Source: Adineta vaga (taxonomy: Eukaryota; Animalia; Rotifera). Taken from it: a stretch of 64,000 nucleotides of DNA. The DNA lies in the NCBI GenBank assembly GCA_021613535.1, contig CP075495.1, forward strand, positions 15,686,001 through 15,750,000, written 5' to 3'. The translations under genes were made by a program, and so were the position numbers. Below, piece after piece: positions 1-13,769 of the stretch (the stretch's first letter is position 1; the number at the start of each line of letters is the position of its first letter). A model generated the notes under the pieces. The model saw nothing but the letters and a program-made list of their open reading frames with translations. It did no database searches and was not told the origin of the DNA.

Positions 1-431
1 ATACTATGATTATGAACCCGAAAGCACATTCATCCCATCCTTCTTCAAATATTTTCCATATTATTCTCAAAAGGGAAAGATTACATGGGTAAAATAATTA
101 TGTATTGTAAATAATAGGAAATTAGAATAGATTTCAACCTTCATTAAGGATCATCTTGACATAATTAGAGAAATCCATCTATTTGTTTTGTATAAATTTT
201 AAGAACCTTTAAAGTAATTCTTCAAAGAAAACAAAAGTTTGAAAATCGTATGAAACGTTAAACAAAAGAGAAATCCATTTATTTCAGACGATCCATTTTG
301 GTAATTGTTATCTCAATAAGAATCGACATTTTATATATCGAGGTAAATAATACTGAATGAGTTTAAGTGCAAATAAGAAAGATAATAGGTATTAAATTGG
401 ATCTATAATGTCAGTTACTTTCAGGAGAATT

Positions 432-1402
432 TTACTGTGGCATTATTCTATGTTCTTTTCGACAAGAGAGTATTAGATTTTTCACTTTTTGACGAAATCG
501 TTTCGATGTTATTAAGAAAGTATAAAAACCTCCCTAAAAAAACAAAACAACGATATATCTTAAATGATCACATAGAAACTTTTTGATTCACATACAATGT
601 AATATAGATATGTTCCCATACCAACAACTGCATTAGCCAAATATTCTCTCATTTGTTGATCTGAATCTTTTCTAATTCCAATTGTAATTAAATTGTATAC
701 ATTCATACCGCCAAATGGTACCAGACTAAAAATAACAAGTAATGCATGAATGAAAGTCATCCTTATTAACTGACGATTAGCTCGTAGATGAACAAGAACT
801 AATGTTTGATGAATATTATGATAAGTTAACCATCCAAATACAAGAATTATGCCTACTGGTATTCCACAGATAATGCCAATTAAATAAACTGGTATATAAA
901 TAGCTAAACCAGCATTATCACTACCACACATCTTAGTAGTAGGTAAAATACGATACAAGACTAATATAGGAATATCATAGAGACACCAGAAAATGATGAC
1001 AATGAATGATATTTGATTAGCCCATTTTATTTGACTATAACTTCGAAGTAAATTACTTTTTGAAGTGACTAAAAATTGGTCTATTACAGCCAAACATGAA
1101 AAAGTTATAGAAATAAGACTAGGAATAGTAAGAAGAAATTGTCGTATTTTACACCACACATCAGAATTTCCATATATATTTATTCCATAACTAACACTCA
1201 GAATACGAATAGTAAGATTAAGTAGAACATAAAACATATTGTCAATTGAACCCATTAAAAAGTAAAATGTACAAGGATTTGTGCGATAAATACGATCTTT
1301 TGAAAATACTAAAATATTGATTCCATTACCAATAATACATGCAATAAGAAAACAAATACCAACATAAAGTGTAAATTGTTGAGTATCGTATAGCAATGTC
1401 AT
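432..1402 (-). CDS. Orphan rhodopsin-like (class A) GPCR, 2 exons (1402-596, 533-432)
   Basis: Seven hydrophobic segments; TM1 GN (IGNGINILVF), CKIRQF, LAVIDQFL (DRY-equivalent). A GT..AG intron at 595-534 restores the C-terminus GGFYTFLITSKRFRQKVK...PQ*. Confidence 0.85.
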
Positions 1403-2219
1403 GATAATTATTTTCTATTTGAAAAGTATTCGATGATTTCTAAAAGATAAGTAATAGATTTATATGGAGAAAAATAATGAGTTATTTAAAACAAAGCAAG
1501 ATATAGAGAATGTTGTTTGAAGTCTCATAGTCATTAAAGTGACGTTAATACCAATAAGTTAAAAGTATACAAAGAAAAATGAAGAATTATAAATATTGTT
1601 TGAAGAAAGAATAATGCGTATATATTGAGAATTCCTAACTCGCACGAAGCTTTCTGACTTAATTCATGCATTATAATTATTATCCAAATAGATTAACGTC
1701 ATAAAATTTTCAAAAAACCTAAATCAAGATCTCTAATGATTTTAGGTATATCGCACTCTTTGTAATTAGTGATACTATTTAAAGTATTTTGAAAAAAAAA
1801 GATTACCAAATAGAATGCATGAAAATTTACAAGAAAAAAAACACACACGAGCTTATGAGTAATTAAAGAAGAGGAAAAATGAAAGAGGAAATATGATCTT
1901 TTCTACTTTTATTTTAATCCAAGTCGACGAATATAGAAATCATATATACTTGTAAGCGGGTGTATATGTTTGCAATACTGAGGCAGATATTATGGTTGTA
2001 TTTCACTGTACATGATCGCTTGTAACCATGCTATTTCGATCTGAATTATTTAAGTTTAGAAATCTTACTTTTATCCGATCAAAAACTAGCTAACTATAAC
2101 ATTTAGAAATTTAAACAGCCAAAGCGGTCTAACCTTTAGTTTTTTTATTTATTTGATATTTGAAGTTGCGTTTATTTAAATGACTTCGTCAGTTAAGAAA
2201 AAAAGCAATGGATAAATTT

Positions 2220-2286
2220 TCTTGAGGGTGGGTGTGGGTGTGAGTTGAGAGTATAGCCTAACCTACACCCACCCACACCCTCAAGA
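2220..2286. repeat. Short palindromic GT/AC-rich element (TCTTGAGGGTG...CACCCTCAAGA), member of a dispersed family
   Basis: Inverted arms flank a short spacer. Related copies at about 3458-3514, 4264-4323, 5519-5543 (half), 20117-20164, 35469-35521 and 36285-36548. Confidence 0.7.
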
Positions 2287-2899
2287 TTTATAGAGCCTGG
2301 TATGAGGATTAAAATAAAATAAAAAAATTGGCACTCGCATCTCCCTACAAAAACTAGATAGGTTTACAAAATCCACCTATTAGTACCGTAGTGGAAGATA
2401 TTAGAAGTGCCACCATTAGAAGAGTTTTTGGGTCAATACCGATTTCAGACGTTTTTTAGAATCAGTTTTTTCAAGGATTTTGCGATTTTTTACTACAAAA
2501 CAGCTTCAAAAAATAATAAAAAGTAGTTCATCGAGATCTCTATCGTAAACCATGCGCAAAAAAAATAAAAATAAATTTCACTCGATTTTTGCATTGCGTG
2601 CGTCTTCCTTAAAAAAAGAAAACTTCTCATAAAGACGAATTATTGGAGAAGAAAACGAAAAGACATTTGATATAATTGATTTTATTCTGCTATTATGTTA
2701 ATTCTTTTGCTCCTCTATATCTATCCAGTTTTTACCTTTTGATTTTTCTCACTTTCTATGTTCGAATTTGATGAATAAAATAATAGTTCATAGTTTACAA
2801 TATTATACAACACAAAAAGTGTTCGAATTTATAAACAATTGAAAAGACCAAGATATATTGTATTGGAATTTTCTGAAACCATTTTCATTAATCTTTTTC

Positions 2900-3330
2900 A
2901 AATCTAATGAAATAACGGAATATGAAATATGTTTAGAAGACATCTCATCACTTGATGATAATCATTTAACATGTTGTTCATCATCAATATGTTCTAAATC
3001 TTTTTGTCTTCATTTATTAACAAATATAAATGGAAGTCGTATTCGTATATTTTATGTCTATCATGTTCACACATATTTACATATGAAGAAAATTTATCAT
3101 TATTAATTAAAAATGATCATGATCGAATATTAATTGAATTTTCTTTGAATAAAATTGATAGAAGATAAATTTATTTCAATAAAAATCAAATTTGAAAAAC
3201 ATCTTTTAACCTAATATCAATTGTACACACATATTTGTTAAGAAATTTAATTGAGATTAGTTTTCCATCATATGAAAATTAATCTGTTTTATTCTATAAC
3301 AAGAACATCAAAGTAAAGTCGAAATTTACA
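2900..3330 (+). pseudogene. Relic of an RBR (RNF217-like) E3 ligase, RING1 region
   Basis: EYEICLEDISSLDDNHLTCCSSSICSKSFCLHLLTNINGSRIRI resembles an RBR RING1 with lost cysteines; followed by frameshifts and stops; similar to the 19.2 kb copy (ECQICLEEVS). Confidence 0.5.
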
Positions 3331-3858
3331 ACAGAACAATGCAGTATGTGTAGAATTAATATGAAAATCAGTGATGAGAATATATGATAGTAACTCAGTT
3401 AATAAAATTGACCAATATTTAGTATTGACATATTAGTTCAATAAAATCTTGAAGTTTGAGTGAGAGTGTGACCGTATGTCCCCATCTTTCTCACCCACAC
3501 CCACACCCACCCATTCTATCCTCTAAGCTCTCAGATCGTAGGGCGGATGTACGTGAGAGTGCCATTTTATGCACGGCGGGAATCATCCTGTTGAGGATAC
3601 AGAAGCTCAATTAATTCAGTCTTCATCGGGTACCTCCCCTAGTTCATTATAAAGAACAGTTATTTTTATTATTTTTTCCTTTCATAGATTATAGAACTTC
3701 TAAAAGAGCCTTTTCCTCATCATAATAAAATCTGTAGTGTTAAAGTTGAAATTTGAATTGAAACTTCAATTGAACAGAACTTTCAAGTTTTACATGTATG
3801 TTTTCCGAATAAAAAAATAGATTTAAGATTAAAAATTCTTTTTCAATAGATTTGTATC

Positions 3859-3863
3859 GCCGG

Positions 3864-3920
<57 letters not shown>

Positions 3921-3931
3921 GGGTCACGGCA
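3859..3931 (+). tRNA. trnF-GAA: tRNA-Phe (GAA)
   Basis: 73-nt cloverleaf GCCGGGATAGCTCAGTTGGGAGAGCGTCAGACTGAAGATCTGAAGGTCCCTGGTTCGATCCCGGGTCACGGCA; A and B boxes intact, anticodon GAA, T-run just downstream. Confidence 0.95.
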
Positions 3932-6900
3932 TTCTCTTTTCTTGTTTTTCTCAAAAAATCAAATTATAAAAGAAAACGATTTTTCAGTTATAAATGTATA
4001 TAAATATGCAATACAGTTCTATCCAATCGACACAATAAATTATCGTCGATCATTACTTTTTCTCTGTCGTTTGAACGAAAAGTAGTGAGTTCAATTGAAT
4101 ATTCTATAGCTGAGTTTTCAAAAAGCTATCAATCTGACAAAATACTTTCTTTAGAACTTAAAAAATCTCAACATATTCACTTTTTTACTGCTTTACTTTA
4201 TGAAGATTATTTCGAATTCTCCTTATGGTTACTTGTCTGATCAGTACGAATGGGTGTTGATTTTGAGGGGTGTGAGTGTGTGTTAAAAGCATAGCCTCAT
4301 GTACTCCTACACTCGCACCCTCATTAAAGCTTTTCTGGTATATTATTCGACTTAAGCGATACGTCGGTTCGCTTCTCATAATTGAGATTAATTGTTTTAT
4401 TTTATGAAATATATTTATTTATTTATTTTATTGTACTTGATACAAACAATTACCGGTCGTGTGAAGTGAACAAAAGTGAAGTCCATGTTTTACCAATATA
4501 TGCATATAAATCGAAGAAAATCTTAAATTTTTTATTATTCTTATTCGCATATGTTTTCTCAGAATATCCCTGATATTCAACATAATGAAAGCTCCACAAC
4601 GCAAAATGTATGCTGATCTTATCGCTATATTTAGAATATACAATGTGATATGATGTAAATATTTTTTGTCTAATCTAAGTCTATTTAATGTGTTGCAGAT
4701 TTAATAAAAAAAAGTTTAGTAAAAGTACTCACGAATCTTAAAAACAATATATAAAAAACTAGGATACAAATAATAATAATAAATCACGTTCGTCGAGGCT
4801 GACTCGCTTGACCTTCGACTGAATTCTCATTAATTGGTCTAAACTATGTCTTCTTTGTGTGCGCTTTAAAAGTTTCCGCTCTGCGCAATCTCATGAAAAG
4901 ATGTGTCACATTGTCAGTGAGGTGTATTTCGTACAAACTGTAAAAACTTCAGCATCCTTTTGAAATCTTATATGACAAATCACTGCTCGCAGCTCCCAGT
5001 CGCTCGTCGGCGTTCCTTTGATTCGACACTCCCGACTGCTCGCTGTTGTTTTAAATGTCCGAGTGAATACCAGAATTACTTTCTTTTCTCTCAATGAAGA
5101 TGTGTTTGGAGCGTCGAAGAAACTGATGAAAATGCCATATATTCACATGCTCACTGCTAATCTATTCCATACTGAATGAAAGAAGCAGGTTAATATTCTA
5201 CATACATCTATCATGGCATTTTGATGGCATCAGCGTAAAATCATACAGACTGCGTGGCTTCTCTTTCTTATTAAGAGTACACTGTTTCAAATGTTGAACT
5301 AAAATCCAATAGGTACATACACACACTAGATATTGATATATATATGTCTATAAATAAACGTTGGCTTCACACATTAACGTCTCAAATATTTTTATAGCTT
5401 CTGTAGTCTTCAGTCGTATACTCTTATATCTTTTATAGATTTTACAGTTATATAAATTTATTGAAATTGTTCCTTTCAGAAGCTATGAGTACCTTCATAA
5501 TATAGCCTCTCTGAACCTCTTGAGGGTGTGGGTGGGTTTGAGGAATCAGTAAAAAAACGTCACACGCTTATATTTATCCTTGCTTTGAACTTTGTCCTTA
5601 TGCTGTATTCTATTCTTATAATCCTTTGTTCTTTTCTCTTTCGAAAGAGTATATAAGTGACTATTTAGTATGAGAACGATACGATATATGATATGAAGAA
5701 ATATAGGGAAGCGTAGCTCCATCAGCGTTAAAGCCTCTTTTATCAAAAATCATCACAGTGCGGGTCAGCAGAGAGACCTTGGTAACTTTCAGCTAAGTCT
5801 TCTTTGAATTTGAAGGACTCAGATGAACATAATCTAGGTATCAACAACATGTTATTGACAACATATTTGAAACCTCGTACTTTTTCAAGCATACGGGAAA
5901 AGTGAGCGCATTATTAGAATCAATCGATGTGTGCATCCATACGTTCGTTTACACGACAACTCCTAAAAGGCTAATCCGATTACGATGAAATTTTCTACTG
6001 AGTCTTGTTTCATCAATATCTCGGTGTAGTTCGAAGATGAGCCTGATTGGGTGAGCCGAAGCTGCGTTATTGGAAAAATACTGATATTTCCTTATATCAT
6101 CTATCTAATACACTTTTTGCAGTACACATAACTTTCGGATAAAATCCGAAGTTTCCGCATTTTTAGATTACTATTCACATTAAATCTCATATATTATTAC
6201 ACTTCATCATATTCTTTTTTTTCAATTCTATAACTCTAAAGTAGAACATAAGAAACAAGGAAGATATTTTCTATAGAACATGATTATTGTCGCTCAAAAA
6301 AATATCTCAATTTCTATATAAATAATCAAATGATAAATCATAATCTTGATGTGAAAACCATGATGTACGGGTTTCCTTATTCTCTGTAGGACAGCTCCGT
6401 CCCTCCAGACGTGCCATCTATCAAAAGATTTTTCCTGTACATTAAAATTGAAACCAATTCGAAATGCATATTACCTTTGAGAAACATATAAACTAGCAAA
6501 TATTGTGATATTGGCATAATAGAATGAATCTTTTTAATAAATTACGATGAGAAATACATCTTCAAGGAGAAAATGAGCACGTGGATGCATGATGGTGAGA
6601 GTACTTTCCTCATACGGATCACAGATGATTTCATTCAATATCCAACATCATAATTCACACTCATGATTTCGTTCATACCTTCAAATCAAATGGGAGCATA
6701 TTGATTATTATTAAACTGTCAGTCATTAACATCAAAGACATAATAAATCTGATATGATGACATGTAAATCACAAAGCATCGATGACCTTCGCAGCGGATG
6801 TGATGTGAGTGTACACGACGATAACCTTCTTCTCTTAAGAGACACCTTCACCCCTGTTTTCAATGGTTTTTTCTTATTACTTTATTTGAATATTATCAAA

Positions 6901-6952
6901 ATTGAAAAATTATCAATTGAAAACTATGTGAAACATTGCAGAACTTTATTGA

Positions 6953-7966
6953 TCATGACATTTTCGTCAAAAAATATAATCTAAAGCAGAATTTCTGTTG
7001 ATTTACAAATATTTTTTTAACTTCATTTCGAAATGCTTTTGAAATAAATAAATTTTTATAAAATCCAATACAATATGAAATATGTAGAAGGATTCCACAA
7101 ACATCTTGAATAAGAGTAATAACTGGTGTTTGTTCTACATTTGTTATATAATATTGAGTTGCTTGGATATAAATAGAAATAATTGCTACTGGAAAACTTG
7201 ATATAACATAAATCGCAACATCAATAAGTACAATACGAATTAGTTGAAGATCTTTCGATTGAGAATTTTGTAGATTACCATGAGCTGTTATTTCAGTATG
7301 TGATCCATTAACAGGTGCTTGATGTTTGCTTATTTGACGAACATTTTTAATTCCCAAATATCCTAAATACGCTAAAATTAACGGCGTAAGTACAGTTCTT
7401 GTTAATGAATAGTAAATAAAAATTGTATAATACAATTCATCTTGAAGATAACAAACAAAATAATTTGGTGCAACTTGAAAAATTTTTGAGAAAACCAATA
7501 TATGAGTATTACATAAGAACCAAAATAATGTTAAACTCATAGTAGAAATGAAAGCAAGACGTTGAGTGCTTCGTCGTCTTGTAGCTGCATTTGATGATGT
7601 AATTAATATTCGATCAATCGATGCCAAAATCAAATAATGTGAACTTAAAACACTGAAAACAATGGCCATATACAGAATAAATCGACAGACATGTATATTT
7701 TCTACAGAAAATGATTGATTATAACCAAATGCTAAAATTACTGGTAATATTACTGTATAAATATATATTAAATTACCACTATAATATGCAATCATATACG
7801 TTGAGCATGGACTTTTACGAAAAACTTTTTTACTAAAAACTATTAAACTAAATATACAACTTATAGTACCGAGAATAAGAAAACTCAATAAACCATATTG
7901 ATAAAGATATTTCTTTATCATTTGTAATGTATAAATTAATTCATAATTGATCGATTGTGAGGACAT
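6953..7966 (-). CDS. Orphan rhodopsin-like GPCR (intronless, 337 aa)
   Basis: 7TM pattern; RKSPCSTY, CRFILY, LASIDRIL, TM7 followed by SKAFRNEVKK; paralogue of 23461-24426. Confidence 0.88.
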   Translation of the reverse strand: MSSQSINYELIYTLQMIKKYLYQYGLLSFLILGTISCIFSLIVFSKKVFRKSPCSTYMIAYYSGNLIYIYTVILPVILAFGYNQSFSVENIHVCRFILYMAIVFSVLSSHYLILASIDRILITSSNAATRRRSTQRLAFISTMSLTLFWFLCNTHILVFSKIFQVAPNYFVCYLQDELYYTIFIYYSLTRTVLTPLILAYLGYLGIKNVRQISKHQAPVNGSHTEITAHGNLQNSQSKDLQLIRIVLIDVAIYVISSFPVAIISIYIQATQYYITNVEQTPVITLIQDVCGILLHISYCIGFYKNLFISKAFRNEVKKIFVNQQKFCFRLYFLTKMS

Positions 7967-9564
7967 TCTTATGAATGAAGTTTGAAAAATAAGATTGAAT
8001 CAAATAAGAAACTGAATAAAAATCTACAACCTTTTCTTAGTTTTTCTTTTCATTTCATTATTACTTATTTTCCAAGTCGGATTTATATGTTAATCGAACT
8101 AATTAATGTACTTAATGACTGTCAACGAAGCAATTTTGATAAAATTCATTACATTTCCTAATTATATTGTAAGCCGTCAACAATTTGGATAAACAAAAAG
8201 CAATCTCACTTTTTCTAATCTATAATTCATGATAAAATCTCAGACTACATGATTTGATTCAAAAGAAAATGTCTAGGTTCCTAGATGTATGCCTATATTT
8301 ACGTGATCTTTTCCGCAATATAAGAACAATCCAGAATAGATTTCTTCTATTTTCCTCTTCGAGAAGCTGCTAATCTCTCATAATGTCGCATTTTCTTAGC
8401 GTTATTATATTTGTTCCTCGATCCACCATTGTGAAATGAAATTGATTCTTTAATTTGAAGTTTACATTGAAATTGAAAATTAAAAAGTATATTGTTTAAC
8501 AAATAATAAGTTCCATTTAAGAACATTCGATACTTTAGTCAAGGATTGAGCGAGTCACTCTCGACGAGCATTATTCAGGATAGTCAAATCTTCTGGAAAG
8601 TAGGGAAAGTTTCTGTTTGTCGGAAGATTAAGTTTGTGGGTTAGTCTTGAGAAAGTATTTTGAAGAGTATTTTTTTATTTATATTTTGTTGTCTGACAAT
8701 ACGTTTGATTCGGTAACGGTTCCAGAAGAATAGTGCGGGATGATAGTCATAGTTGAAAAATCTTTTTTGAAGTCTATTACTAAAAAAGTAAAAGGAAAAA
8801 TCTCGTGCGGAATGATGACTGTTGGATTGTGAATTACTGAATGGAAGTGCGAATTAAATCAATTAACTCTTTGGTGACGGGATGAATATTCCAGAACAGA
8901 ATCATGAAATGAGAAACTAGTGCATATTAATCGACTTAATTTCGGTCTCTACTCTAAACGTTTTCGAGATAAATAACCTATATATGTATCACCCATATCG
9001 ACAATTAGGTCGATGTCGGTTGCACTTTATAAATAAAAAAAAGTATATATCTAGGAGTTTCGATGAATTCATTACAAGTGGTATATATGGTGTACCACCC
9101 GTCCTGAAAGGGTTAAGTGGGTGAGATACATATTTTTGACATTCTGCTCAACGCGGTGGTGTTCATTATAAAATTCAGGGCCGCATTGCTTTTTGCTCTT
9201 CTTGTCTTTTCAAATGATTTTATTAAACGATTTTACCACATAGAAAGAGAAGATGCATATCAAGAAAAATCTGTACAACAAAATATATTTATTATGATTG
9301 GATGATTCCTTTTTATTGAGTTTGAATCATGTTATTCATTGAAACATATAAATTTATATAGCAATGGAAGAGATTCCGTTAGGATTTCCCCATATGATCA
9401 AAGATTTTATTATGACCAACAAAAAAAGCTCTGTTCGAAGTTTGATAAACTATAAAATGGAAAAGAAAATAATAATAAAAGTTTGTTTTTTATAAGGAAA
9501 AGATATTGCAAAATGAATAAATTCACTGGGAAAAAAGCATACGAGTTTAAATTTGGAATGTTAT

Positions 9565-11729
9565 TTATTTCGCTGTTGTTTCTCTTTCAATCAGTTGATT
9601 TTGTTTTGGTTGTAGAAATTCTTGAACAACTTGTTCAACTAATTCATCAAGTTCATCTTTTGTTTGCTTTCGAAATTGTTCATCATCAATCATTGGATTT
9701 TCTTCTGATGGATTTTTCATTGGTTTCTTTTTTCTTATTTCTGAATACCATTTAATCTTTGGTTCAGTTCCACTTGCACGTATTGTTATTTCACAACCAT
9801 TATCAAAATAAAATGTAATCATTTGTGTTGATGATGAACAAGGTAATGTTGGTTTTTTATCTTTACCATTACCACGAAGATCAGCTTCAATTCCAACAGT
9901 TAAATCACGAATACCAGTTATTTGATATTTTCCACATGATTTTGGATAAACATATTCTTCATCATCATTTCGTCCATCTTTTGATTCTTTTTCATTTGCA
10001 CCAAGATGTGATTTGATTTTATTTGAATATTGAACAAGAATTTCCGGTTCTTTCTTTTCACTTTTTGTTGTTGTCGTTTCATTCGTTGTATGTTGATCTT
10101 TTCTTTGATCATAATGTCTTAAACGATCAAACATTTTCAACATAACATCAGTTTTATTACAAATAACATAAGAATTATTATTAATATGATAACCATAAAG
10201 TAATGAAAGATGATCTAATTGTTCATATAATGTTCGTCCAATAGATTTAATATAAGCACACATTTCAGATCCAATAGCTAATGCTGATATTCCATCTTTA
10301 TCTAAAACATTCTCTGGATCACACATAAATCCTCTATAAGAAAGAATTTCAAATAACAATTATATTTTCGAATTAGATAATAACTTACATAGCTTCTTCA
10401 AAAGCAAAGAGAACATGTTTTTTGTCATTTATTAATTCATTTGATCGATTTCCTAACCATTTAAAACCAGTTAAAGTATCAATTGTATTAAAACCTTCAA
10501 CTTCTCCAATAGATTTTAAAATATGTGATGAAACAGTTGAATAAAGCATATAAACATCTTTAACATTAACATCTGGATTTCGATTTCTCCAAGTAAACCA
10601 ACGCCACCAACCAAGTAAAGCACCTAATTGATTTCCAGATAAAATTCTCCATCCAGTTTCTGATGAACCAGTTGTATCTCTTTCAGCTAATGCAAATCGA
10701 TCAGCATCTGGATCAGTTGCAATAATAAAATCAGCATGATGTTTATTTGCAGTTCGAATAGCACATTCTAATGTTTCTTTTCCTTCTTCTGGATTTGGAT
10801 ATTTCACTGTTGAAAAATCTGGATCAGGATTTTTCTGTTCATCAACTGAAATAAATGGTTGAAAATGAAATGCAGCAAATGCACGTTCAGCATATGGTTG
10901 ACCAACACCATGAACTGGTGTATAAACAAATTTTAATGGTGTTGATGTATTTAATTCGGGAAAAAAACATAATTTTGATAAATTTGACATATATAAATCA
11001 CGAATCTAAAATTGAAAAAAAAATAATGAAATGATGAAAAAGAAAAAAGAAAAATGAAACTTTTTCAATTGGATCAGACATCAATTTTGAAGTTTTATCA
11101 TTGAAAATATCTAAATTCCAAGCTTTATTTTTCCATGGTTCTAAATTTTCATCAATTGATTGAGCAATTTCAACATCTAATGGTGAAACAATTTGTGCAC
11201 CATTTTCCCAATAAACTTTATAACCATTATCATCTTTTGGATTATGACTTGCTGTAACCATAATACCAGCTTGACATTGTAATTTTTTGACAGTAAATGG
11301 AATAAATGGTGTTGGAACTGTTATTGAATCAAATAAATAAACATGAATACCTTCATGAGCGAAAAGAGCAGCAGCTAAACGTGCAAATTGATGAGATTGA
11401 TGACGTGCATCAAAACCAATTGCAACGGATAATGAATCTTTTTTATTTTGAAATGTTTTTTGTAAATGACGAATAAGACCTTGTGTTGCTTGTATAACAG
11501 TTAATTCATTCATTAATGCAAATCCACTACCCATTTTAGCACGAAGACCAGCTGTACCAAATTGAATTCGATGAGATAAACGAACTTGTAAATCATCCCA
11601 TTTTGAATTCTTTTTTAATTCTTCAATTTCTTTTCGAGTTACTTCACATTGATCCCATTTTAACCATAAATCAATTGAATTTAAAAGTTCGTTAGATGGT
11701 GAACTCGTTATTCTTTTATCAAATGACAT
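9565..11729 (-). CDS. PGM2: Phosphoglucomutase-2 / phosphopentomutase-like alpha-D-phosphohexomutase, 3 exons
   Basis: FGTAGLR, catalytic TASHNP, metal-binding DPDADR, TGFKW, FAFEEA(I)G, DKDGISA, IRASGTEPKIKWY; introns at about 11060-11006 and 10388-10335. Confidence 0.93.
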
Positions 11730-12049
11730 TTTTTTACATAAAAATTTTCTAAATAAAAATAAACTTTTTCTTATAAAGAAAAACGAAGAAGAAAAAGATT
11801 CTTCGTAAAGATTAAAACTAATCCATAACCTTTTTTTTTTCTTTAGACATAAAAACAAGACGAAAAAAAAGAATGAGAGTTATCATCATCATCTATTCTA
11901 TTCTTTTTCTTTTCATTCGATTGACTGACTCATGATCATTTTTAATCATTGGAGAAAATAAATTTGATCTTTATACAAATGAAATATGATTATAGATGGC
12001 AATATATGTCTATTTTCAAGATAATGAATTTTATTTAAATAAAAATGAT

Positions 12050-12773
12050 TTATTTTTTTCGTTTCCATCGTGAATCTTTTTCAAGTAGAAATGATAAATT
12101 CATTTCTTTTTCTAATTCTTTGTCGAAAACTTTTTCTTTTTCTTTTTCCGTACGAATATGAATATTATTCCATTCAAATTGAATTGATCTTTGAATTTGT
12201 TGAACATTATTTATTTGATTATTATTGTTATTGATCGTAAAGAATAGAATTAAATCTTGATAATTTCTTGATTGATTCTTTCTTCGAATTTCTTCTGTAC
12301 GTTTTTGTAATTCTATACTCGATTTATTATTGAGTATATGAATAGATATATGCAGTTTTTGTTCAATTCTTTGAAGATTTTTTCCTTTTGAACCAACAAA
12401 ACGACCAGTTTTATATTGATGTTGAAGATTTGAATAATTCAAAGGAAAATAAACTATAAGATAATGAATTATTTTTAAAGGTTCACATTTTCGTTTCAAT
12501 GGTTGTTTTTCAAACGATTGAATTTCTTTACAAAGTTTATGTAAATAATAAATTGTTAATGAAGATTCTCCTAATTCAAAATAAAAAATCAATTAAAATA
12601 AGAAAAAACAATTTTTTTTTCTTTTTACCTGTTTGATCATCACATGAACAACATCGTTTAGGTAATTTTTGTAAAACTGATGGATGAAATTCATTTGTTT
12701 GACGAATTTTATTAATATTTTGATGAAAGATTGAACGAGATTTTCGATTATGTACAATACAATCGTTTTCCAT
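12050..12773 (-). CDS. KH-domain RNA-binding protein, 2 exons
   Basis: GRFVGSKGKNLQRIEQKLHISIHI is a KH GxxG motif; a GT-AG intron at 12628-12571 joins the two ORFs in frame. Confidence 0.7.
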
Positions 12774-13769
12774 TGAAATTTCTATTTTAAAAAAAACACG
12801 ATAAATAAACGAAATGAAATATTACATCATATATTTTTATTAACCAAAAAAAAATACATAATGACGTCATTTTTGATGTTGTAAGCACACGTGTATTCTT
12901 ACAATATTGTTAGAAAAGAACAAAAATGTCTTTTTTTTCCTTTTTTTTCGTATTTGATGATGTTATGAGCATAGATCGATGAAATAGATTGTAAAAATGA
13001 CAAATATCTCTAAACAAAATTCTAATTAGTATTGATTTTTATTTTCAACTTGTTATAATATATTTCTTTATTTGAAAATATTCTTAATTATAATTTTTAT
13101 TTATAAGATCTGTTGAATCTGCTATTTATCAAAAAAAGGAAATGATTTTATATAAAAATAAACATTAGAAGTCTTTATTATTGTTATTGAAAAATAAAAA
13201 ATGTCAAATATATATATTATTGAATAGATCGATAGAAATTCTTTCCTTAATAGTTTGATTCATCTTCTTCTGTTATTCATCATGTCATTTAAATAATTCA
13301 TTTTCATGATATTAAATATAAAGACAAAAGAAGGAAACATGTTTTTCAATTCCTGTGAGTTTATCTATGAAATATTTCTATTAATCGACTAGGACGTCAC
13401 AAGTAAAGCGATGTGTTGAGATCCGAGAAAAGAAAGATTCACAGTCTCTTCTCAGAATATTCCCGGTCAAATATAATTAAATCTATATTCAGTCACTTAA
13501 TCTCGGGTAACACTGAATACATGTTTAATCGTAATTATTAGTGATATAAAACAAAGTTTTAAAGAACAAAACCTGTTTAACTTTGTTTTTCAAGAGATAT
13601 TCAGTAATTTGGATCTTATTCTTAATTGAGATAAGATAGAAAAATAGTTCTATGTCATTTCTTTTATTATATAAAAGATCTATCATTTGTCTTCTTATTG
13701 ATATATTTGATAAAAATCTTTTTTTTTTCTTCTTATTTTAGATTAAAATAAATCATTTATAAAAAGAAA

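Noticed and set aside
2360-2612. Kolobok-like terminus (...GCGTCTTCC TTAA)
   Set aside because: Only one convincing end was seen; no matching TIR was established.
4780-6160. GC-richer stretches with short ORFs (also 8.4-9.2 kb and 30.5-31.7 kb)
   Set aside because: Probably old TE debris, but no diagnostic motif or termini could be read.
9483-10112. Short ORFs overlapping PGM2 (and similar ones over ATP5PB, the CYP and the septin)
   Set aside because: Antisense or alternate-frame shadows of real AT-rich coding exons.
9565-11729. Horizontally acquired bacterial enzyme candidates (PGM, SDR)
   Set aside because: The motifs fit metazoan PGM2 and SDR9C types, PGM2 has spliceosomal introns, and both have host-like composition; there is no evidence for HGT without a phylogeny.
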